A stretch of 21,788 nucleotides of DNA. Origin: an uncultured delta proteobacterium (GTDB lineage: Bacteria > Desulfobacterota > Desulfobacteria > Desulfobacterales > JAHEIW01). Of the stretch, positions 1 to 6,907 are shown one piece after another. The stretch is taken from NCBI GenBank assembly GCA_963706575.1, contig CAVPNL010000010.1, positions 1 to 21,788 of the forward strand, in the 5' to 3' direction. The position numbers were made by a program, and so were the translations under genes. Within the stretch, counting starts at the first letter, position 1; every line of letters begins with the position of its first letter. The notes under the pieces were generated by a model. It had not been told where the DNA came from. It saw only the letters and a list, made by a program, of their open reading frames with translations, and did not search any database.

Positions 1-184
1 TTTCCAATGTGTGGGATTGATCGACCAGCCCCACCCGGATGTCGCGAACATCGGTGGTGACCACGTAACCAAAAACAATCAGCTGCACCAGGGGGGCAAT
101 AATCAAAAGCGGTCTGTTTTTCTTGTCTCTGAAAAGCTGAATAAATTCTTTTCTGACCAGCTCGCGGATTCTTAACCCGCTCAT
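1..184 (-). CDS. ABC-2 transporter permease, YbhR-like (N-terminal 61 aa; runs off the window edge)
   Basis: Not in the ORF track. Hand translation from the ATG at 184 gives MSGLRIRELVRKEFIQLFRDKKNRPLLIIAPLVQLIVFGYVVTTDVRDIRVGLVDQSHTLE, which carries the KEF..L.RD...P..QL..FGY motif of YbhR/YbhS permeases. It starts 1 nt after the upstream permease stop. Confidence 0.9.
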   Translation of the reverse strand, partial: MSGLRIRELVRKEFIQLFRDKKNRPLLIIAPLVQLIVFGYVVTTDVRDIRVGLVDQSHTLE

Positions 185-185
185 C

Positions 186-1319
186 TCATAATCCCTCCTT
201 TTTTAAAATGACCATGTTGATGGTGATCAAAAACACAAACATCAGAAAAAGAACCAGGAAGCTGGGCCACAGATAAGAAAGGCTCAGATTCCGCAAATAG
301 AGTCCGTTGAGGATATCAATATAGTAGGTGGCCGGTATGATAAAGGTGACCATTTTTAGAATGGCGGGCATGTTTTCCTTTGGAAATACAAAATTGGAAA
401 GCAAAAGGGACGGCAGATAAGTCACCAGAATCGCCATCTGATTGGCCACCAATTGGGATTTGGTGAGGGTGGAAATCAACAGCCCGATGCACACTGCCAC
501 CCCCAGATATACGCAGGACGCCATGATCATCAACCAGAAGCTGGACTTCATGACCACACCGAACAACAGTTGACCCATTAAAATCGCCACCAGCACATCG
601 ACAAGCCCGATAAAAAAATATGGCAAGGCCTTTCCCACTAAAAATTCACCCGCCAGCACCGGCAGCGACCGGATGGTTTCCATGGTTCCGTTTTCATATT
701 CCCGGGCGATCACCAGCGACGTGAGCAAGGCGCCGACGATCATGATAATCAGCGCAATAATCCCCGGAATGATAAAATTGCGGCTTTCCAGATCCTCGTT
801 AAACCAAACCCGGATGCGACCCTCCACCGGGGGCTTTATCTTTTCCAGACCCTGACGGTTGAGAAATTCAATCAGTTGATTCTGATTGGCCCGGGAAATA
901 TACGCCATGATGTATGCCCGGGTGCTGCCGGCGAAATTCGGATCACTGCCGTCAATGATCACCTGAAGCGGACTTTTGCGGTCAGACTTTAAGTCGGCTG
1001 TCCAGCCGGGCGGAATCACGATTGCTAAAATGGCCTGGTTTCGGTCTAGAGACTCAATGGCCGCAGCACTATCCGCAAGGTGATCAATGATTTTGAAATA
1101 AACGGAAGCGTTCAGTTTGCGGATGAAATCACGGCTCTCCATGGTCCTGTCATGATCAACAACCACCGTCTTTATATCCTGCACATCCAGGCTAAGCGCA
1201 TAACCGAAGAGCAAAATTAAAAGCAAGGGTATAAAAAACGCCAGGTAGAGGCTGCGGAAGTCGCGGATCAGGTGGAGATATTCCTTGCGGGCGATGGCCT
1301 TTACGTTTTTCGGATTCAC
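186..1319 (-). CDS. ABC-2 transporter permease, YbhS-like
   Basis: 377 aa with KEY.HL.RD, LFGYALSLDV, a periplasmic loop, then 'FNEDLESRNFIIPG' and 'AREYENGTMET' followed by several TM helices. The GTG start overlaps the ATPase stop (GTGA). Confidence 0.92.
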   Translation of the reverse strand: MNPKNVKAIARKEYLHLIRDFRSLYLAFFIPLLLILLFGYALSLDVQDIKTVVVDHDRTMESRDFIRKLNASVYFKIIDHLADSAAAIESLDRNQAILAIVIPPGWTADLKSDRKSPLQVIIDGSDPNFAGSTRAYIMAYISRANQNQLIEFLNRQGLEKIKPPVEGRIRVWFNEDLESRNFIIPGIIALIIMIVGALLTSLVIAREYENGTMETIRSLPVLAGEFLVGKALPYFFIGLVDVLVAILMGQLLFGVVMKSSFWLMIMASCVYLGVAVCIGLLISTLTKSQLVANQMAILVTYLPSLLLSNFVFPKENMPAILKMVTFIIPATYYIDILNGLYLRNLSLSYLWPSFLVLFLMFVFLITINMVILKKEGL

Positions 1320-2062
1320 GGCGTCCTCCGGGCCATCAACTTGACGAAAGCGGCGTTTAAATCCGCATCCGGCTGATCCGGCAATATCTTGCGGATAATC
1401 TCACGCGGCGGGCCGGCGGCGACAATTTTGCCCTCGTTGATCATGACCACCCGGTCGCAATGCCGGGCTTCCTCCATATAATGGGTGGTCACAAAAACGG
1501 TGACGCCCTCGCCGGTGAGCTGCTTGATGAATTCCCAAAAATGCCGGCGGGTAATCGGATCTACGCCGGAGGTGGGTTCATCCAGAAACAATAATTTCGG
1601 CTGGTGCAAAAGCGCGCAGCCCAACGCCAGGCGCTGGCGCCATCCCGGCGGCAGCTCGCGGGTCAGACGGTCTTGCATGTTGGTCAGGCGGGTGATCTTC
1701 AGGACTTCTTGCGTGCGCTCTTTCCAAATACGCGAGGGGACATTGTAAATGCCCAGATAAAACCGGATGTTCTCAAAAGGGGTCATGTCCAGATATAAAG
1801 AAAACTTCTGGGACATGTAACCGATGGCCTGTTTGATTTCCTCGGCCTGGGTGAAAATATCATATCCGGCCACATGGCCGCTTCCCGCGCTGGGGGAGAT
1901 GATGCCGCAGAGCATGCGAATGGTGGTGGATTTACCGGCCCCGTTGGGCCCCAGGAATCCAAAGATTTCTCCGGTTCGTACGGAAAAGGAAATTCGATCA
2001 ACCGCCACAAATTGACCGAATCGTTTTTCCAGATCTAAAACATTTACCGCTTCAGGATCCAA
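1316..2062 (-). CDS. ABC transporter ATP-binding protein (equivalent to the YbhF C-terminal NBD)
   Basis: Walker A GPNGAGKST, Q-loop YMSQKF, degenerate signature LPPGWRQR, Walker B LFLDEPT, H-loop TTHY. Confidence 0.93.
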   Translation of the reverse strand: MDPEAVNVLDLEKRFGQFVAVDRISFSVRTGEIFGFLGPNGAGKSTTIRMLCGIISPSAGSGHVAGYDIFTQAEEIKQAIGYMSQKFSLYLDMTPFENIRFYLGIYNVPSRIWKERTQEVLKITRLTNMQDRLTRELPPGWRQRLALGCALLHQPKLLFLDEPTSGVDPITRRHFWEFIKQLTGEGVTVFVTTHYMEEARHCDRVVMINEGKIVAAGPPREIIRKILPDQPDADLNAAFVKLMARRTP

Positions 2063-2855
2063 AACCGTCCTCAGCCATGGCTTTGTCTGTCGCCTGGATC
2101 CGGTGAATCATGGCTTCTTCGAGATCGGAAAAACCAGCCTGAATTTCATGAGGCGTCGCGATGGCAAGAATGCGCGCGTTGTGCATCAGGATCAGCTGGT
2201 CACATTTTTCACCTTCATCCAGATAGGCGGTTGAAACGAGTATGGTCATCCCGTTTCGCTTCATTTCAGCCAAAATATCCCAAAATTCCTGGCGCGATAC
2301 CGGATCGACGCCGTTGGTCGGTTCATCAAGAATCAGTGCCTTGGGCTGGTGCACAAGCACACAGGCCAATCCCAATTTTTGTTTCATCCCGCCCGACAGA
2401 TCGCCGGCTTTTCGATCGACAAAAGGCAACAAGTTGGAAAACCCGAGGTAATAATCTCTGCGTCTTGTGCGCTCAGCCCCGCTGATACCGTAAATGTCCA
2501 TGAAAAAATCAAAGTTTTCAGCGACCGTCAAATCCTGATACAGGCCAAACCGTTGAGGCATATAGCCGATGACTTCCTTTACCCTAGATTTCTGGTTTAC
2601 GATTTCCCGGCCGTCCACAATGATATTTCCGGATGTCGGTCGTAACATAGTGGCAATCATTCTAAGCAGCGTGGTTTTGCCGGCACCGTCTGATCCAACC
2701 AGTCCGTTGATCGTTCCCACCTTAATCTCGAATGTGACCGCAGAAACAGCGTTTAAGGATCCAAAGTTTTTGGATACATCATCCACCTTGATGAACGGCA
2801 GATTGTCGCTGGGCGCAGAGGGGTCAGCAGCTGTCAGATTATTTAAACCATGCAT
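2052..2855 (-). CDS. ABC transporter ATP-binding protein (equivalent to the YbhF N-terminal NBD)
   Basis: Walker A GSDGAGKTT, YMPQRF, signature LSGGMKQK, Walker B LILDEPT, STAY in place of the H-loop. The exact start is uncertain. Confidence 0.92.
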   Translation of the reverse strand: MHGLNNLTAADPSAPSDNLPFIKVDDVSKNFGSLNAVSAVTFEIKVGTINGLVGSDGAGKTTLLRMIATMLRPTSGNIIVDGREIVNQKSRVKEVIGYMPQRFGLYQDLTVAENFDFFMDIYGISGAERTRRRDYYLGFSNLLPFVDRKAGDLSGGMKQKLGLACVLVHQPKALILDEPTNGVDPVSRQEFWDILAEMKRNGMTILVSTAYLDEGEKCDQLILMHNARILAIATPHEIQAGFSDLEEAMIHRIQATDKAMAEDGFGS

Positions 2856-4005
2856 CGGCGGGCATCCCGGGTTTGAGTTCGAGATTCGGATTGGGTATTA
2901 CAATTTTGACCAGGTAGACGAGCTTCACCCGTTCTTTGTGGGTTTGAATAATTTTAGGGGTGAACTCGCCCTCAGGTGAAATAAAAGATACATTCCCGGC
3001 ATAGGTCTTGGATGGAAAGGTGTCGATTTTCACTTCCACCTTTTGACCGGGTTTAACCCTTCCGATTTCAGTTTCAGCCACAAAAACCTTCAGATCCACC
3101 TGCGACAAATCGGCCAGTGAGATGACTTCCCGGCCGGGCGAAACGACCTCGCCGGGTTCCACATTGCGGCTGACAAGAATACCGTTAAACGGAGCTCTTA
3201 ATTCGGTATGTTTCAGCAGGATCTTTGCCAGCTCGAGCGTTGCTTTAGCGGAAAGCACCTGGGCTTTGCCAGCTTCCACCTCCTGCTCGGATGCCTCGAT
3301 TTTTTTCAAATTATCTTTGGCCTGTTTGAGGGCCGCCCGGCCTTCTGCCAGCTTGGACCTCGCGGTTGCGATGGATTCTTTTCGGTATCCTTCTTTAAGA
3401 AGTTCATAGCCTTTCTTGGCGCTTTCATATCCCTTTAGGGCAGTTTCATATTTCAGATCAGTGGTTTCCTTATCATTTTCGGCAATAATTCTTCTTTCGA
3501 AAAGCCGGTCGAATCGGATTTTATCTTTGTGCGCCTCTTCCAGGGCAAATTGCGCCTGTTCATAAGCATAACGAGCCTGATCGACTTCCTGGACGCGATA
3601 GCCGGCTTCAAGTTCGGCCAGTTGGGACTGCAGCGCCTGAGCCGAGGCTTCGACTCTTTCAACTTCTGCCGGAAGTACTTTGCGATTGAGCTCCAGAAGG
3701 GTTTCCAGTTGTTTTAGATTTTCCCGGGACCGCATCAAATCAGACCGGGCTTGATCCCGGCGCGCATTGAATTCTTCTTTTTCGAGCACGGCGAGCAGCT
3801 GATTTTTTTCAACCGCCTGTCCCTCGTCAAAAAAAACATCTTTCACGCGGCCGCTGACTTGGAAAGCGAGATTGGCTTGGGTGGCTTCGATGGTGCCCGA
3901 ATAATAAAGTTCGGCAATGCGCTCTTTTCTCTGACCCCAGTAGACCAGAGCGCCTACCCCTAAGAGCAAAACCAGAAAAATAATCAAAATCAACCGTTTC
4001 TTCAA
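2839..4005 (-). CDS. HlyD/YbhG-family periplasmic adaptor (membrane fusion protein)
   Basis: N-terminal TM anchor, SGTIEAT...FQVSGRV lipoyl half, long coiled coil, LRAPFNG..EPGEVV, and C-terminal EFTPK.IQT..ER and LKPGMPAD. Start reassigned to the TTG at 4005, 5 nt after GGAGG (the ORF track gave 4056). Confidence 0.92.
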   Translation of the reverse strand: MKKRLILIIFLVLLLGVGALVYWGQRKERIAELYYSGTIEATQANLAFQVSGRVKDVFFDEGQAVEKNQLLAVLEKEEFNARRDQARSDLMRSRENLKQLETLLELNRKVLPAEVERVEASAQALQSQLAELEAGYRVQEVDQARYAYEQAQFALEEAHKDKIRFDRLFERRIIAENDKETTDLKYETALKGYESAKKGYELLKEGYRKESIATARSKLAEGRAALKQAKDNLKKIEASEQEVEAGKAQVLSAKATLELAKILLKHTELRAPFNGILVSRNVEPGEVVSPGREVISLADLSQVDLKVFVAETEIGRVKPGQKVEVKIDTFPSKTYAGNVSFISPEGEFTPKIIQTHKERVKLVYLVKIVIPNPNLELKPGMPADAWFK

Positions 4006-4134
4006 TTCGGCCTCCAATCTGATGAAGAAGAAATGTATAGCACTTTCCTGCCGCAATATTCAAGCTGGAATAAACTGTCAAAATAAGATACACATTTTGT
4101 CGTCGGCGAATTTTAACCGCTCTGCAGGATTTCG

Positions 4135-5055
4135 ATGATCGGATATCGACAAAAAAAGCTGCGCAAAAGTCTCATCATCCGCGCCCGGGTCATTCAGGCC
4201 GTGCGCAATTTCTTTATTGATAAGGGTTATCTGGAAATCGAAACACCCGTTCGGATTCCAGCCCCCGCGCCGGAGGCCCATATCGATGGGGTTGAATCCG
4301 GCAACTGGTTTTTGCAAACGTCTCCGGAAATCTGCATGAAGCGATTGCTGGCTGCGGGTTTCCCCCGCATATTTCAGATCTGTAAGTGTTTCCGTCAGGG
4401 AGAAAGGGGTCGTCTGCATCTGCCGGAAATGACACTGCTGGAATGGTATCGCTTGAACAGCAGTTATCTGGATATGATGAATGAGTGTGAAACTCTAATC
4501 GGCCACATTGCCCGTCAGATAAGTTCAAAAAACATGATATCCTACCAGGGCAGCGAAATAGATCTGACACCTCCCTGGCGCCGAATACCAGTTGCCGAAG
4601 CATTTGAAAAATTTGCGCCGATGACGATGGCTGCCGCCCTGGAAAACGACCGGTTTGATGAGATCATGGTAGAGGCGATTGAACCGAATCTCGCACAACC
4701 GCAGCCGATCTTTCTGTATGATTATCCGGCTTCGCGCGGAGCACTGGCCAGATTGAAACCGCAAGACAGCCGCTATGCCGAACGCTTTGAGCTATACATC
4801 GGCGGCCTGGAGATATGCAACGCCTTCAGCGAACTGACCGACCCGGTTGAACAAAGAACCCGCTTTGAACATGAACAGGAACGTCGCCGAGATTCCGGCA
4901 AGCGCGTTTATCCCCTGCCGGATAAATTCCTCGACGCGCTAAAAGATATGCCGGAAGCTGCCGGCAATGCCCTGGGAATGGATAGATTGGTGATGCTTTT
5001 TGCCGATACGAAAAAAATTGACGAGGTGGTTGCCCTTACACCCGAGGAACTCTGA
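4135..5055 (+). CDS. epmA: Elongation factor P lysine aminoacylase (EpmA/GenX/PoxA)
   Basis: 306 aa, LysRS catalytic domain only with no anticodon-binding domain. Motifs: LEIETP, FLQTSPE..MKRLLAAG, FR.GE.GRLH.PE...LEWYR, AERFELY.GGLE..NAFSELTDP, G.ALG.DRLVML. Confidence 0.93.
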   Translation: MIGYRQKKLRKSLIIRARVIQAVRNFFIDKGYLEIETPVRIPAPAPEAHIDGVESGNWFLQTSPEICMKRLLAAGFPRIFQICKCFRQGERGRLHLPEMTLLEWYRLNSSYLDMMNECETLIGHIARQISSKNMISYQGSEIDLTPPWRRIPVAEAFEKFAPMTMAAALENDRFDEIMVEAIEPNLAQPQPIFLYDYPASRGALARLKPQDSRYAERFELYIGGLEICNAFSELTDPVEQRTRFEHEQERRRDSGKRVYPLPDKFLDALKDMPEAAGNALGMDRLVMLFADTKKIDEVVALTPEEL

Positions 5056-5098
5056 CTAAAGGCGGGTTATTGAGCCGGGTTGGCAAATGGTCGAAGAT

Positions 5099-5860
5099 CT
5101 AATTAAATCTTTCAGTATCCAAATCAAATTGATGCACCCGCTTTAAACTTTTTAAATCATCACAGGCACTTGCATTTCCAGCCGCACAGGCCCTTTTTAG
5201 TTCTTTTTTCATACTCGAAGGATCATGCAGCAAATAGAATCCCATGGCTTTTGCCATATAAATCGCAGACCAGTTCGGGTATTTTTTCTCTAATCGATTT
5301 AGATAAATCATCGCCGGGCGCAATTTTTCCTTGCGCAGCAGCCTGTAAGCTACAGAGATATCAACCCCCGGTTCGATTTCATCTGTGATTTCGGGCTCCA
5401 GCTCCTCTTTTAAGGATTCATTGGCTTCCTTGATTTCCATTTGTTTATCTAAAATATCGGCTTCGATATAGTCAGAACTATGGATAGCGGCTCGGATACG
5501 AATATGGAAAATAAACGTATTCCCGGAAGATTCTATATTTTCAGCAATTACTTTTGAATGGATTTTAGTTGCAACCAGGCTGTAGATCTCTTCTTTTTTT
5601 TGTTCGTAGCTTAAAACAAGATGTTTGCCGGCAAGATATCGTCCGGCAGATTCAACCGCCTTTTTCTTGGCTTCAAACAGCGCGATCTGCCTTGCAAGCG
5701 TTTTGGATGTGCCGGTCCGGGCCTGGAATTTCCCTTCAGAAACAAGCTCCAAAGAATCCGCCTCGGCGCCCTGTGCCCATCTGTGGGGGCCTGAAATAAG
5801 CAGCAACGAAATGACGATCACTGTGCAGATGATGGTTCGCTTTTTTATTTTCTCATTCAC
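5099..5860 (-). CDS. Hypothetical exported protein with a TPR/Sel1-like C-terminus
   Basis: Long ORF with a probable GTG start at 5860 after AGGAG. A basic plus hydrophobic N-terminus ending near AQG-A looks like a signal peptide. The C-terminal helix pair ends ...ELKRACAAGNASACDDL. Confidence 0.7.
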   Translation of the reverse strand: MNEKIKKRTIICTVIVISLLLISGPHRWAQGAEADSLELVSEGKFQARTGTSKTLARQIALFEAKKKAVESAGRYLAGKHLVLSYEQKKEEIYSLVATKIHSKVIAENIESSGNTFIFHIRIRAAIHSSDYIEADILDKQMEIKEANESLKEELEPEITDEIEPGVDISVAYRLLRKEKLRPAMIYLNRLEKKYPNWSAIYMAKAMGFYLLHDPSSMKKELKRACAAGNASACDDLKSLKRVHQFDLDTERFN

Positions 5861-5891
5861 AATTACATTGCTCCTAATGGTAGACTTATTT

Positions 5892-6731
5892 TTAATTCGC
5901 TTTAAACGGTTTGACGCTGCCCAATTTCTGCTCCACTTCATAATTAACCGTCACCATCCAATCGAGATAGGCGGCATCCAACTCTTTCAAAGACTGCACG
6001 ATTTCCTGTTTAAGTGTGGTTTCCAGCGCCGTGCCGCGGCCGGGCCAGATCCGAAATTTGATCCGCAAAAACACCTTGCCCGAGCTGGTCTTTATACGAC
6101 CTTCTGATGAGGGTTCGGTAATAAACAGGCCGCTAAATTGCTCGAAGGCGGAAGCCACAGTGGATTGGACCAACGCCTCCATCCGGTCGGCGATCTCTGG
6201 CTCCCGACTTAAGGTAACATCTACCAGACAGCGCACGTACCCCCGGGGATAATTAATGACATTTGTGATGGTCCGATTGGGTATAAATACTTCGGCTCCC
6301 AGATAATTTTTAAGCACCAGAAAACGCATACCGATGGTCTGAACAATTCCGGTTTGACCTGAAATTTCCACCATATCATCTACATCTACCAGGTCCGAAA
6401 AAATAAGTGTCAGACCGGTCACTACATCCTGCACCAGTCCTTGGGATCCGAATCCAACCGCCAAACCCAATACCGAAGCGCTGGCGAGATAGGCCGTCAA
6501 AGAAACGCCGAATTCTTTTAGCACATAACCCACTGCTCCAAAATAGAGAACAAAAATAGCAATACTGGTCAGCAGACCCAAAAGCGAGCGCGCTTTGGCA
6601 AATGAGCGCCGGGGCATGGCGGCCATTAACCGCTTGCCGGCAGCTTTTATGATCAGGACGGCGACATGCACGCCGACAACGACGGCGATAATGATCAAAA
6701 TTCGCCATGGATAGTTCAGGGATAAAGTCAT
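5892..6731 (-). CDS. Small-conductance mechanosensitive channel (MscS family)
   Basis: 279 aa with three N-terminal TM helices, TM3 'ASASVLGLAVGFGSQGLVQDVVTGL', a beta-domain 'VDDMVEISGQTGIVQTIGMR', and 'FIPN..I..V.NY'. Confidence 0.93.
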   Translation of the reverse strand: MTLSLNYPWRILIIIAVVVGVHVAVLIIKAAGKRLMAAMPRRSFAKARSLLGLLTSIAIFVLYFGAVGYVLKEFGVSLTAYLASASVLGLAVGFGSQGLVQDVVTGLTLIFSDLVDVDDMVEISGQTGIVQTIGMRFLVLKNYLGAEVFIPNRTITNVINYPRGYVRCLVDVTLSREPEIADRMEALVQSTVASAFEQFSGLFITEPSSEGRIKTSSGKVFLRIKFRIWPGRGTALETTLKQEIVQSLKELDAAYLDWMVTVNYEVEQKLGSVKPFKAN

Positions 6732-6907
6732 AGGACCATCTATCGTTTATGGGTGTCTGCGGGAAGCGTATCTTTTTTTTAAAATTGATATCACAGCTGT
6801 TGCTAATTTTGAATGAGATATTTAAGATGGGTCAATGTAACAAATGTCTTATTCAAAGGCAAATGTCTTTGCGCGGTTGCTTCAACCTGTTTGCACTTTT
6901 GGATGTA

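Noticed and set aside
6749..6907. N-terminal extension of the CCC ORF given by the ORF track
   Set aside because: AT-rich with atypical composition, and it would fill the divergent promoter region. SLC12 similarity begins only after the ATG at 6908/6911.
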